Source: Thermoproteota archaeon
Lineage (GTDB): Archaea; Korarchaeota; Korarchaeia; Korarchaeales; Korarchaeaceae
Direction of reading: 5' to 3'
DNA length: 41,394 nucleotides
NCBI GenBank assembly: GCA_027491435.1
Contig: JAOZFG010000005.1
Span: 1-41,394, forward strand
The position numbers were made by a program, and so were the translations under genes. Position 1 is the first letter of the stretch, and the number at the start of each line of letters is the position of its first letter. Positions 18,019-28,376 of this stretch are shown here, one piece after another. The notes under the pieces are model-generated. The model made no database searches. It was not told the origin of the DNA and saw nothing but the letters and a program-made list of their open reading frames with translations.

Positions 18019-18365
18019 AGGTGGCCGAAGAATTTGTTAAGTCACTGAGGTTGCACCCCTTAACGGCCATTGTTATAGGATCAACTGCTAGAGGGGACTT
18101 CAACGAGTGGAGCGACATAGACGTAGTGATCATTTCAGATAGATTTCCAGAGAACCCCTTGAAGAGGTTTGAACTGCTGGAGGATCACCTAAGGCCTGGA
18201 GTGGAGCCCATACCCTTGAGAGTCAAGGATCTATTGAGGCTGATCAAGAAGAAGGCTCCGGTTGTGGAAGACATGGCCGAGGGCGTATTCTTAGTGGACG
18301 AGCTGGGGATCAGAAAGCTGTTGAGGGATGAAAGGGAAAAGTCGCTTAACCCCGGTAAATCTTAG
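17973..18365 (+). CDS. Minimal nucleotidyltransferase (MNT)
   Basis: IGSTARGDFNEWSDIDV motif; overlaps HEPN 3' end. Confidence 0.9.
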   Translation: MEILERRRRERRRRIKVAEEFVKSLRLHPLTAIVIGSTARGDFNEWSDIDVVIISDRFPENPLKRFELLEDHLRPGVEPIPLRVKDLLRLIKKKAPVVEDMAEGVFLVDELGIRKLLRDEREKSLNPGKS

Positions 18366-18738
18366 ACTAAAGTGCGGGATCGGTATTTCGACCCTAGCCT
18401 TGGGGGAGAGGGCCTTCAGGTTAGGCGACGAGCATAATGGGGTGACCCTCAATTAAACACCAGTTAATTTCTAAAAATATATTTGAATACACCCTCCATG
18501 TATGAATATAATCTAAGAAAAATTTTTAAATATGTAATGTAGTAATGAACGAAGCAAGGTTGTCGGCAATCGACTGAATAGATTTTAACGATATCATTAA
18601 TGCTTCCCAATTATTGTGTGTCATTATCAAATAAAATGTTGCGATATATCCAAAATTTGATACGTAATTTGGAATTATAGTTCTTTTCTTTATATTGTAT
18701 GATTATAAAATATGCTGAGAAGAGTTGGGGGTGAGAGG

Positions 18739-19839
18739 TTGCCTAAGGTAAGGGTTGCCATCGCCGGTGTAGGCAATGTGGCATCCGCGTTAGTCCAGGG
18801 GGTGTTCAAGTATAAGGACGCCCCCGACGACGAGTTCGTCCCCGGAATAATGCATGTCAGGTTTGGGTCATACCACATATCAGACATAGAGTTCGTCGCC
18901 GCCTTTGACGTTGATGAGAGGAAGATAGGGCTTGACCTCTCTGAGGCAATATTCGCCAAACCGAATAACCTTCCGAAGTTCGCCGACGTCCCCAAGCTTG
19001 GGGTGGAGGTAATGAAGGGCCCGGTGCTCGACGGAGTTGCTCCCCACATGAGAGAATTCAGGTACGGTGAGGGGTTCCTCGTGGACGACAACAGGCCCAG
19101 CGTCAGCGTTGCTGATGTGCTTAGGGAAGCTGGGGCCGACGTCCTTGTCAACTTGGTCCCCGTCGGTTCCTATGAGGCCAGCAGGGCCTACGCATCAGCC
19201 GCCCTTGAGGCTGGAGTGGGATTCGTCAACGGCATACCTGAATTCATAGTGAGCGATCCAGAGTGGGGCAAGAAATTCGAGGAGAGAGGCATCCCGGCCG
19301 CTGGAGATGACTTCAAGAGCCAACTTGGGGCCACCATACTCCACAGGGCCATAGCTAGGCTGGCAGTCGAGAGGGGACTTAAGGTCCTCAACACCTACCA
19401 GCTCAACATTGGGGGGAACATGGACTTCCTTAACATGATAGAGGAGTCCAGGCTCAAGACCAAGAGAGTGAGCAAGACTGAGGCAGTCACCAGCATGGTT
19501 CCCTACGAAATCGGAGCCAGGGTGGGGCCAAGCGACTACGTACCCTTCTTGGGGGATAGAAAGGTTATGTACCTCTGGCTTGAAGCTGAGCAGTTTGGAG
19601 GGTTTAAGATATATATAGACGCCAAACTTAGCGTAATGGACTCACCTAACGCCGCAGGCGTTGCCATTGACGCTATAAGGGCCGTTAAACTTGCAATGGA
19701 CAGGGGAATAGCTGGGCCTCTTGAGGGGGTAAGCGCCTACTTCTTCAAACACCCGCCGAAGCAGTACCCCGACTACGTGGCTAGGCAGATGGTCGAGGCC
19801 TTCATAAAAGGAGAAGAAATTAAGGTGGAGTCACTCTAG
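18739..19839 (+). CDS. ino1: myo-inositol-1-phosphate synthase
   Basis: GVGNVAS, GDDFKSQLGATILH, QLNIGGNMDFLNM, KRVSKT, DSPNAAG; TTG 18739 after GGGGTGA preferred over 18712. Confidence 0.95.
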   Translation: MPKVRVAIAGVGNVASALVQGVFKYKDAPDDEFVPGIMHVRFGSYHISDIEFVAAFDVDERKIGLDLSEAIFAKPNNLPKFADVPKLGVEVMKGPVLDGVAPHMREFRYGEGFLVDDNRPSVSVADVLREAGADVLVNLVPVGSYEASRAYASAALEAGVGFVNGIPEFIVSDPEWGKKFEERGIPAAGDDFKSQLGATILHRAIARLAVERGLKVLNTYQLNIGGNMDFLNMIEESRLKTKRVSKTEAVTSMVPYEIGARVGPSDYVPFLGDRKVMYLWLEAEQFGGFKIYIDAKLSVMDSPNAAGVAIDAIRAVKLAMDRGIAGPLEGVSAYFFKHPPKQYPDYVARQMVEAFIKGEEIKVESL

Positions 19840-20067
19840 GCCTGATGCCCTAACCTCCTCCAACCTTTTTAGGAGTGATGAGAGGTCCATGAACGCCCTT
19901 CCGTAAACAGACTTGTCCTCCCCCCTTATGTACATCCACATGTTCTCCTCGGGCAGTATGATGAACTTCTCGTCCCCCAAAATGGCCTCTATTCTCTTGC
20001 CGTTCTCGAGCTTCTTTATGGTGAAGCCCTTCTTCATCAACTGATTCACGGCCTCTTCCACGTACAT
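19831..20067 (-). CDS. Small hypothetical protein (78 aa), last gene of the opp unit
   Basis: ATG 20067 preceded by GGAGGTGA overlapping the oppF stop; protein-like composition. Confidence 0.7.
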   Translation of the reverse strand: MYVEEAVNQLMKKGFTIKKLENGKRIEAILGDEKFIILPEENMWMYIRGEDKSVYGRAFMDLSSLLKRLEEVRASGLE

Positions 20068-20071
20068 ACCA

Positions 20072-21076
20072 TCACCTCCTAGCGTAGAGGTGACAGGCCA
20101 CGAAGTGACCTGGCTCAACCTCAACTAGGGGCGGCTCCTCCTTGTCGCATGGCTCGAACTTGTAGGGACACCTTGGGTGGAACCTGCAGCCCTTGGGCAC
20201 GTCAATAGCCGACGGCACTTCTCCCTTGATAGGTATCTCCCCTATCTTGTGCCTTGGGTCGGGCACAGGTATAGCGGCTATCAACGCCTTGGTGTAGGGA
20301 TGTAACGGGTTATCTATCACCTCTACAGCGTCACCCATCTCCACTATTTTGCCAAGGTACATTATCGCCAGCTTGTCAGAGATGTACTTAGCTACGGCCA
20401 AGTCATGAGTTATGAACAGGTAGGATATGCCCCTCTTGTCCCTTAAGTCCAACATCAGGTTGAGGATTGAGGCCCTTATGCTCATGTCCAACATGCTGAC
20501 GGGCTCATCTGCGACTATAAACTCTGGCTCCAGCACGAGAGCCCTAGCTATAGCAACTCTCTGTCTTTGTCCGCCAGAGAGCTCGTGGGGGTACCTAAAT
20601 ACGAATTCCTCCGGTGGGGTTAATCCCACCTCTTCCAAGTACTTGGAGACGATCTCTCTTTTCTCCTTTTTACTACTTATCAGCCCGTGAACCTCTAGAG
20701 GTTCAGCTATTATGTCCTCTATGGACATCCTAGGGCTCAGCGATTCGTAGGGATCTTGGAATATCATCTGAGCCTTCTTCCTGAGGAAGCCCCTTATCTC
20801 GTCCCTCTCCATGGTGTCAACCCTCTTGCCTAGGAAGTATATCTCGCCATCTGTGGGCTCTATCAGCCTTAGGATAGTCCTTCCGGTGGTGGTCTTGCCA
20901 CACCCTGACTCCCCTGCGAGGGAGAATATCTCCCCCTTCTTTATCTCGAAGCTCACCCCGTCGACCGCTCTCACGTATTTCCTGGGCTTTCTGGCCAGTA
21001 TATCCTTAATTCCCCTCTTTAGGGGGAACCACTTCTTCAAGTTGTTAACCTTAACGACCACGTCATTCGCCGACAT
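20072..21076 (-). CDS. oppF: Oligopeptide/dipeptide ABC ATPase
   Basis: [37 protein letters not shown]. Confidence 0.93.
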   Translation of the reverse strand: MSANDVVVKVNNLKKWFPLKRGIKDILARKPRKYVRAVDGVSFEIKKGEIFSLAGESGCGKTTTGRTILRLIEPTDGEIYFLGKRVDTMERDEIRGFLRKKAQMIFQDPYESLSPRMSIEDIIAEPLEVHGLISSKKEKREIVSKYLEEVGLTPPEEFVFRYPHELSGGQRQRVAIARALVLEPEFIVADEPVSMLDMSIRASILNLMLDLRDKRGISYLFITHDLAVAKYISDKLAIMYLGKIVEMGDAVEVIDNPLHPYTKALIAAIPVPDPRHKIGEIPIKGEVPSAIDVPKGCRFHPRCPYKFEPCDKEEPPLVEVEPGHFVACHLYARR

Positions 21077-22055
21077 CCCATGGCACCCCCTTCAGCTCCT
21101 CAGCCCTATGACACCTCACAAAGTGACCCGGTTCGACTTCAACCAGGGGCGGGAGCTCCTCCCTACACTTGTCTATGGCGAACGGACACCTTGGGTGGAA
21201 CCTGCAGCCCTTAGGCGGGTTCAACAGGTTTGGCGGGGCCCCAGGTATTGACTTAAGCCTCCTGGGTTTGCCCTTAACGCTGGGTACTCCTGCCAGGAGC
21301 CCCTTCGTGTAGGGGTGCATCGGGTTAAGGAACACGTCCTCGGCGCTTCCATACTCTTGGAACATTCCTGCATACATTACCGCCACCTTATCACTCATCT
21401 CAGCTATAACGGAGACGTCATGTGATATTAGGACCAGAGCTATGCCAAACTTCTTCTGAAGGTCCTTTATCAGCTTGAGTATCTGCGCTTGGACTATAAC
21501 ATCCAAGGCCGTTGTAGGCTCATCGGCCAGCAACACGTCTGGGTTTAGGGCTAAGGCCATGGCTATCATCGCTCTCTGCCTCATCCCACCGCTGAACTCG
21601 AACGGGTAATGATGAGCCCTAGCCCTGTCTATCCCCACCATCTCTAAGAGGTCTTCTGCCCTCTTCCAAGCTTCTTCCTTGCTTACGTCTTCGTGTAGGG
21701 TTATGGCTTCAACTATCTGATCCCCTACCTTTATTATGGGGTGTAAGGCGTTCATAGCCCCTTGAAATATCATGGAGATCTGCTTCCACCTAACCTCTCT
21801 CCTCAGCTCCTCATCTGGCATTTCAAATATGTTCTTGCCGTTTAGCAGCACTTTTCCTCCAAAGACTTTTGCGTTCTTCGGCAGGAGATTCATCAAAGTT
21901 ATTGCCAAACTGGACTTCCCGCAACCAGATTCGCCAACTATGCCAAGCGACTCTCCCTTATCTAAGGTAAAGGATATGTCGTCAACCGCCCTGACATATC
22001 CCCTGAAGGGAATCTCGTAATACATCTTCAGATTTTGAACCTCTAGAACCGGCAA
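21063..22055 (-). CDS. oppD: Oligopeptide/dipeptide ABC ATPase
   Basis: [30 protein letters not shown]; TTG 22055 after GGGTGA (ORF extends to 22064). Confidence 0.93.
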   Translation of the reverse strand: MPVLEVQNLKMYYEIPFRGYVRAVDDISFTLDKGESLGIVGESGCGKSSLAITLMNLLPKNAKVFGGKVLLNGKNIFEMPDEELRREVRWKQISMIFQGAMNALHPIIKVGDQIVEAITLHEDVSKEEAWKRAEDLLEMVGIDRARAHHYPFEFSGGMRQRAMIAMALALNPDVLLADEPTTALDVIVQAQILKLIKDLQKKFGIALVLISHDVSVIAEMSDKVAVMYAGMFQEYGSAEDVFLNPMHPYTKGLLAGVPSVKGKPRRLKSIPGAPPNLLNPPKGCRFHPRCPFAIDKCREELPPLVEVEPGHFVRCHRAEELKGVPWDVGE

Positions 22056-22056
22056 C

Positions 22057-22488
22057 CTAATCACCCTTTAACATGGCTCCCAGCACTCTCATCGAGAAGC
22101 CTATACCCACAAACAAGAGGAAAAAGGAGGGTATCGAGAGCAGGAGGAACGGATGCTCCACCCTGAGCCTGGACACGTTGAGCAGGACTACGCCGTCCTC
22201 GGGCTGCCTTATTATCAGGGTGTAATTTCCTGAGGTGAAGACCCCCTCATACGTGGTGTTTTTGCCTTTAACCCCTACTCTATCGTCCTTTATCTCGTAG
22301 GAAAAGGCCACGTTAGAGTTCAGCCTCAACACGGTGTACTTGGAGTCGAACTTTAGAGAGAGCCTTGACGGTCCCTCTATGACCCTTGAGTAGAGCGGTT
22401 CCTCCTCATACACGCTGTACATGGAGATCAGCCCCATTATTATGCTCATCACTATGATGCCCAGGCCCAGGATGGCGTACTTTTTCAC
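22057..22488 (-). CDS. Hypothetical membrane protein (N- and C-terminal TM helices, central beta-rich domain)
   Basis: Tightly coupled between oppC and oppD; two hydrophobic segments. Confidence 0.8.
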   Translation of the reverse strand: MKKYAILGLGIIVMSIIMGLISMYSVYEEEPLYSRVIEGPSRLSLKFDSKYTVLRLNSNVAFSYEIKDDRVGVKGKNTTYEGVFTSGNYTLIIRQPEDGVVLLNVSRLRVEHPFLLLSIPSFFLLFVGIGFSMRVLGAMLKGD

Positions 22489-22489
22489 T

Positions 22490-23899
22490 TTACCTCCTCC
22501 TGAGCCTCGGGTTGACTATCTCGTCGATGGCGTAGCCGATGAACACGAAGGCCATGGATACTATAGCTATGGCCAAGCCGGGGGGAATGAACCACCACCA
22601 CATGCCGCTTCCTAAAGCGCCTCCCTGTTCGGCGTCGTGAAGTATTGAACCCCAAGTGGGCAGGCTTGGGTCTCCCAGTCCTAGGAAGCTAAGCGAGGCC
22701 TCTGTGAGTATAGCATCTGGTATGCCCAAGGCTAAAGCGGCTACAGTGTAGGGAACTATGTTCGGAACTATGTGAACTCCAATTATCCTCCACCTGCTTG
22801 CCCCTATTGACCTAGCTGCCTCCACGAAGGCCAGTTCCCTGAGCTGGAGCGCCATGCTCCTGGAAACCCTTGAGATCCCCATCCAGCCGAATATTGCTAA
22901 CAAGAATACTATTGTGAAGACTGTGGGCTTGTAGACTATGGCCAGCATCAGCAGTATTGGAAGTTTAGGCATAGCCATAAGTATGTCAACGACCCTCATC
23001 ATCACCTCGTCTGTGAATCCACCTATGTAGCCGGAGGTAACCCCGTAGAACAGGCCTACCACCACAGATATTACGGAGGTGAGCACGCCTATCATTAAGG
23101 CTATTGGGGTCCCCCAGACCAATCCCTTGAAGAGGTCCCTTCCAACGTCGTCGGTTCCCAGGAGTCCATAAGCCGTGGCACTCATCAAGAACTCCAACCT
23201 CTCCAACTCAAGCTTTTTGCCCTGAGTTGCGCTCTTGAACTCTATCTTGTAGACCCCCTTCAGCGTCTTGGGGTTACCCTGCTTAAGGGATTTCATGTCA
23301 GAGAATAGAGCTACTGGAACAATCACATCATCGGCTGTAACGTTTAACCCGTTCTTTTGAAGCCAGGTTGCCACCGCTATCCTGACCTTTTTCTCCCTGT
23401 TGCAGTCTACGTTCTTCTCAAACCACCCTCCATAAGTCTCGTTGCCAGTGGACGGGTATATCGTGTCGGTGAATATGGTGACGCTCTGGCCGTCCGGCCT
23501 GTAGAGGGTGACCTGGAGGAAAGCCCCCGCCCCTCCGTGGGAGAGGTTGAAGTATATCCTAACCTGGTTGGGGAAGTCATCGTACGTGTAATTGAACTCC
23601 TTAGTGGCAACTATTAGGGGGAAGCCTCCTAACTTCCTGGCCTTCACGTCAAAGTCGCTTATTACTATTTGTGGAACCGGCGTCTTGCCGAACAGATAGG
23701 GGACCCACACGGGAGGAACTGACTTAGGGTTGTTCTCCCAGTAGGTGGGGTCCTTCCACCTCTTTAAGTCCATTGGAGCAATTACAGGGGCCATCACTGC
23801 CACGACAACTGTGAGGGTAAGCAAGAGCACTCCAACCAGACCTACTTTCTTCGTCTTAAATTCGTTCCAGAAGTCTGAAAGGGTTTCCCTTAGCCTCAC
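22490..23899 (-). CDS. oppC: Peptide ABC permease with large extracytoplasmic insertion
   Basis: LLGTDDVGRD, EAARSIGA, EASLSFLGLG, NPRL. Confidence 0.93.
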   Translation of the reverse strand: MRLRETLSDFWNEFKTKKVGLVGVLLLTLTVVVAVMAPVIAPMDLKRWKDPTYWENNPKSVPPVWVPYLFGKTPVPQIVISDFDVKARKLGGFPLIVATKEFNYTYDDFPNQVRIYFNLSHGGAGAFLQVTLYRPDGQSVTIFTDTIYPSTGNETYGGWFEKNVDCNREKKVRIAVATWLQKNGLNVTADDVIVPVALFSDMKSLKQGNPKTLKGVYKIEFKSATQGKKLELERLEFLMSATAYGLLGTDDVGRDLFKGLVWGTPIALMIGVLTSVISVVVGLFYGVTSGYIGGFTDEVMMRVVDILMAMPKLPILLMLAIVYKPTVFTIVFLLAIFGWMGISRVSRSMALQLRELAFVEAARSIGASRWRIIGVHIVPNIVPYTVAALALGIPDAILTEASLSFLGLGDPSLPTWGSILHDAEQGGALGSGMWWWFIPPGLAIAIVSMAFVFIGYAIDEIVNPRLRRR

Positions 23900-24966
23900 C
23901 TTCTAACACCCGCCCCTAACCTGACTCTCGGGTCCACCACGCCGTAAAGTATGTCAGCTACCAAGTTAGCTAGCACTATTAGAACCGTGGTGAAGTAAAC
24001 GTTGCCCATTATCACCGGTATGTCCAATGAGTTTAAGGCGTCCCAGTAAAGCAGACCCATACCAGGCCAGTTGAACACGATCTCAGTCAGCAGACCTCCG
24101 GAGAATATGCCAGCTATTGCAAGGGTCACGCCGGTGAGTATTGGAGGGGCCGCCATCTTCAGGGCGTGGTAGTATATTATCCTCCTCTCGGGCACCCCTT
24201 TAGCACGGCTGGTTAATATGTAGTCTTCAGTCATTATACCGATCATCAGGTTTCTAGTGACGTAGGCGCCACCTCCTAAAGCCACTAAGAGTATGGCAAG
24301 CACTGGCAGAGTTAGGTGCCACATGACGTCTAAGGCGTAGCCTAAAGGATCGGAGGGGGGTGGAATTGACGTCATACCACCAGTCGGGAATAATGGGATA
24401 AGGTAGGCGAACAGGTAGAGGAGGACCATCCCAACCCACCAGGTGGCGAATGCGTAGCCCAGGAGACCGGCCACGACGATCATCCTGTCGAAGAGAGTTC
24501 CGGGCTTCGCAGCTGCTCTAGCCCCTAGTAACAGTTGAAGCACGAGAATCAGTATCGTAGACGTTCCGAATAGCACCACAGTCCTGGGAATTCTCTCCAA
24601 TATGATGTCAACTACCCTTCTGGAGCCACTGTCGCTTTTCAGGAACCAACTCCTTCCCAGGTCTAGCTTGAGGGTCCTAGTTAGGTCCCCCCATATACGA
24701 TAATACCATGGTTTATCTAGCCCCAGAGATTTGATCCTCAGCTCGTACTTCTCCTGTATGACCTTCTGGACCTCCTCCGCCGATTTATATTGGCCGAACT
24801 TTCCTCCCTTTATTACTTGCTTCTTGATCTCGTCCATTATCTGTTTCCGCAGTTGCTCGTCCACCATAGGTCCAAATAGTATCAGAGTTATCATAAGGAC
24901 TGCAATTATCACTATTATCGAGTTTAGAACCCTCATAGTGATGTATCTTCCAAAACTACCGGCCAC
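23896..24966 (-). CDS. oppB: Peptide ABC permease
   Basis: GLDKP, EDYILTSRAKG, EIVFNWPGMG, DPRV. Confidence 0.93.
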   Translation of the reverse strand: MAGSFGRYITMRVLNSIIVIIAVLMITLILFGPMVDEQLRKQIMDEIKKQVIKGGKFGQYKSAEEVQKVIQEKYELRIKSLGLDKPWYYRIWGDLTRTLKLDLGRSWFLKSDSGSRRVVDIILERIPRTVVLFGTSTILILVLQLLLGARAAAKPGTLFDRMIVVAGLLGYAFATWWVGMVLLYLFAYLIPLFPTGGMTSIPPPSDPLGYALDVMWHLTLPVLAILLVALGGGAYVTRNLMIGIMTEDYILTSRAKGVPERRIIYYHALKMAAPPILTGVTLAIAGIFSGGLLTEIVFNWPGMGLLYWDALNSLDIPVIMGNVYFTTVLIVLANLVADILYGVVDPRVRLGAGVRR

Positions 24967-25050
24967 TTAAGCACCCCCAAGTAACCAGGTAATCAGCCAG
25001 TAGAGAATTAAAAATGTTCTAACAATGTTGCGACATACGAAAATCAGACT

Positions 25051-25072
25051 AAAATGAAAAGAAAGGGGGAGA
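25051..25072 (-). terminator. Pyrimidine/T-rich terminator between oppA and oppB
   Basis: TCTCCCCCTTTCTTTTCATTTT on the minus strand just after the oppA stop. Confidence 0.5.
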
Positions 25073-25076
25073 GGGT

Positions 25077-28013
25077 TTAGCCGCTGGCTGTGACGGAGAT
25101 CTCGTCTATCTGGACAGCGCCGTCTCCGTTCTGGTCCACCCAGGACAGCAGGGCCCAGGTGGCTCCGGTGAGCTCATCGGCCTTCTCAGCGAGGAAGGTA
25201 GCGGCGGCCTGAGTTCCGAACCTGGTGGCTCCCTCGACAAGGACCACCTTCCTGCCGGCAGTTTCTCCTATGAGTACCACGGCTATGTCCTTCTTTCCGT
25301 AGTCAGCTCCGCTAACGGTGTCGGACTTGCCGCCGACGCTTATTGTGGTGGAGCTTCCGCTGTATTTGAACTCGACTCCAAACACCTTGTTAAGGGTCTC
25401 AGCCGCCTTGTTGGCCTTGGGACCTCCGACGACGAACAGGTTGCCCTCAGGAGCCTGTGGATAGGCAGCTATCTTGACGGGAGTGTTGAGTCCAAAGGCA
25501 GACCTCAGCATTTCAGCAGCAGCTAAGTCCTCATCGCTTCCATAGACTGGAGTTCCTCCTATCACAGCAGCCGCTGATAAGTCGAGGCTTGCCTGTCCAG
25601 TTATGAACACGTCCTTTATGGCGAAGGCCCATATAGTGCTGTACTTGCTTATGGCGCTAACCTTTATCTCAGCTGGTCCAGCTGGAGTGGCGGCCAACAT
25701 ACCAGGAGTCAACTTGATTATGAAGACCCCAGGCTCATCGCCGGGTGTAGCCTTGCCCTTAGCCACTATCTTTCCAGCGGTCAGCAGGCCTGCACTTACT
25801 ATCTTGTAGTACACCTCGGCCTCGCTGGAAGGCTTGCCTCCCACGAGCACCCTGACCTCAACCTCAGCGCCCTGGGCCTTGTCTATTATCGGGTTGACGG
25901 TTATACCGGCTATCTCAGCGAACTTAGGCTCCCTGAAGACGAGCCACTTATCAGGTGAGAACGGATAGTCCCTGTTAGCGACGAGGTGCATGTACAGGCT
26001 GGTCGGGTTGTACTCGTCCAGTATGAACGGACCGTTGCATATCACAGCGTGCTTGTGAGCCTCTATGAACTTAACAGCGTTCTCGTAGGCGGTCTTGGCC
26101 ATCTTCTCTCCAACAGGAACTGGTACTTCGGAGGCCTTGGACAGGGCGGGAGGTATGAAGCCCTCCTTGCTGAAGGACTCCAAGGCTGACTTTATGTCCA
26201 TAGCGTGAGGCTGCTGTATCGGGTCTATCTGATCGATTCCCCTAGCAGCGGAGCTGGACTCTCCGAAGGCGTACTTGCCATCGACCACCAGCTTCTCCAT
26301 GGCAGCTATCACGTACCAGGGCATGGAAGCCCAGAATGAGGCGTAGTCAGCTATCTCGTTCTTGTCGAAGTGCCAGTAGTCGACGTAGACCTCTATGGCA
26401 GTATCGTTTATTATCTTAAAGCCCTTTATGGTCTCCATGTACTGGGCAGTACCGGAGGCCACGTCAGGGTCATAGTACGGGTCGGGCTTGCCGGGCTCGC
26501 TCTCATCGCTGGACCACTCCCAGTTTATGTAGAAGCTGTACAGGATGTCGGCCATGCTCATAGGAGTTCCATCATGCCACTTGCCGAACAGGTAGTTAAG
26601 GGTCACCTTGCTCTTGGCCTTAACTCCCTTACCAACCTTGACCCACTTGTTCTGTACCGGATCCCACTTTATGGCATCCTCGGGCACATCTATGTCCTTT
26701 GGTCCCTCACCAGGCACGTAGTTGTAGTATACAGTGAAGTTAGCTCTCCAAGGCAGGACCTCACCGCTGTGTGGGTGCCTGTCCAAGGCGGGGTCGGTTA
26801 TAGCCCTCCATATCAGCACGTCGTAGTACCAGGTCAGGCCTCCTATAGGCTGCCAGGCTGAGAGGGTCAGGAACTTGGCGCCAACGTAGAGGGTCTTGCT
26901 CTTAGGCTTGTGAGCGCTCATGTAAGCCCACTTGCTGGCAGCTCCGTAACCGAAGTCTATTATTATGTCCTTAACCTCCTTCCTAGCGGCGTAGTATTCA
27001 GTGCCAACGGCCACGAATATTCTGACGGCCTCCTCTATTCCGAGGAGTATGGACTTCCTCATGAGTTCGTTCCTCTCAGTCTCGGACTTGTACTGACCGA
27101 GGTACAGCTTCTGTGAGAGTTCATCGAGCTCGTCGTTCTTGTAGTTCCAGTAAGTGGGCTCGGCCCATCCAGGCATGTAGCCGTACCAAGGTGAGTACAT
27201 CTGGGCAGGTATGTAGTCCTTGTACTTGCTTAAGCCTCCTCCCCACCCCTCAGTGTAGAGGTGCCACTCGCCCTTGGCGGGGTCGTCGAAGTACACGGTG
27301 AAGAAGGCCTTCCTAGCGTCGGCGTATATCCTGTTGACCTTGATACCGAACTCCTCTATCAGGTTGGCAAGGCTGTCGCCAAACTGGTGCCTTATTGGGT
27401 CATCTATCCTTATGAAGAAGTTAACCTCAATGGGTTTGCCGTTGTAGTACCAGAGCTTGCCTTTCTTGACGGCTCCAGCCTTTATCAGAGCGTCAGCCAT
27501 CATTCCGAAGGCCTTACCCTTGTCAAACATTATTCCGAGCTGATCTATGTCGTCGCTTATCACCTTATAGTCGTAGTCGAATGGGGTGACTGCAGCAACG
27601 GCGGGAGCTCCCTCGCCCTTGAGTATGTCGTTAACAAATCCCTTCCTGTTGACCAGGTAGTGGAAGGCGAACCTGAACTTCTTTATGGCGAAGGGATTGA
27701 ACTTACCACCGGCGTTAGGGGCAGGGTTTAGCAGCAGGCTGTACATACCTCCCAAGGGGTTCTTGAGCAACTTTATGTTGGGATCTTTCCTCATCTCGTC
27801 AAGCATGGCCGGAGGAACTCTCCAGTAGTGCCAGTCTATCTCGCCGCTCTTGACGGCGAGCATGGCCGAGGCGTCGCTGTATATCCACTTGAAGTAGATC
27901 TCGTCGCTCACTGGACCTTTCTTGGCCAAGACAGGCACGTAGGGAACGAGCAGGGCAGCGACCAGTAGGAACGCTGCCAAAATCTTCAAACTATTTCTGA
28001 TTACGGGGTTCAT
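25077..28013 (-). CDS. oppA: Family-5 solute-binding protein with C-terminal S-layer-like domain
   Basis: Signal peptide (LA-KK), NPF..KKFRFA, KWHDGTPMSMADILY, NGPFIL; tail with VVGGPKAN and GATRFGT; ATG 28013 after GGGGTG. Confidence 0.88.
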   Translation of the reverse strand: MNPVIRNSLKILAAFLLVAALLVPYVPVLAKKGPVSDEIYFKWIYSDASAMLAVKSGEIDWHYWRVPPAMLDEMRKDPNIKLLKNPLGGMYSLLLNPAPNAGGKFNPFAIKKFRFAFHYLVNRKGFVNDILKGEGAPAVAAVTPFDYDYKVISDDIDQLGIMFDKGKAFGMMADALIKAGAVKKGKLWYYNGKPIEVNFFIRIDDPIRHQFGDSLANLIEEFGIKVNRIYADARKAFFTVYFDDPAKGEWHLYTEGWGGGLSKYKDYIPAQMYSPWYGYMPGWAEPTYWNYKNDELDELSQKLYLGQYKSETERNELMRKSILLGIEEAVRIFVAVGTEYYAARKEVKDIIIDFGYGAASKWAYMSAHKPKSKTLYVGAKFLTLSAWQPIGGLTWYYDVLIWRAITDPALDRHPHSGEVLPWRANFTVYYNYVPGEGPKDIDVPEDAIKWDPVQNKWVKVGKGVKAKSKVTLNYLFGKWHDGTPMSMADILYSFYINWEWSSDESEPGKPDPYYDPDVASGTAQYMETIKGFKIINDTAIEVYVDYWHFDKNEIADYASFWASMPWYVIAAMEKLVVDGKYAFGESSSAARGIDQIDPIQQPHAMDIKSALESFSKEGFIPPALSKASEVPVPVGEKMAKTAYENAVKFIEAHKHAVICNGPFILDEYNPTSLYMHLVANRDYPFSPDKWLVFREPKFAEIAGITVNPIIDKAQGAEVEVRVLVGGKPSSEAEVYYKIVSAGLLTAGKIVAKGKATPGDEPGVFIIKLTPGMLAATPAGPAEIKVSAISKYSTIWAFAIKDVFITGQASLDLSAAAVIGGTPVYGSDEDLAAAEMLRSAFGLNTPVKIAAYPQAPEGNLFVVGGPKANKAAETLNKVFGVEFKYSGSSTTISVGGKSDTVSGADYGKKDIAVVLIGETAGRKVVLVEGATRFGTQAAATFLAEKADELTGATWALLSWVDQNGDGAVQIDEISVTASG

Positions 28014-28376
28014 ATTAAGCACACCCCTACGGATGAGCTGAGGGGAACGTTTAAAAACGCATAACCCAGCTTGCCTTTTTCGTCGAAATGATAAGTTGTT
28101 GCTAACATTTTATTATCGTTGAAAGGGCATTTTAGCAGGTAATCTCAATTATATTGCGGTTCTTAATAGTCCATTCCATCTCTCCGAGCACCATTGTATA
28201 ATACTCGCTAAAATAAGAAGTTAGACTGCTTTTAATCAGATAACGAAGATGTCCCGCGTTAATTCAGGTAGATTAGGATAGCTGATCCCGACTATCGGAT
28301 CAAAACAACTGGTATAACTCTTATTAGCTTAGATAGGCGTGTTTACTTAACTTTCATCGTTTTCAACGATTAACCT

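Noticed and set aside
18445-18715. Replication origin
   Set aside because: No ORB/mini-ORB repeats and no cdc6/orc1 or whiP gene nearby
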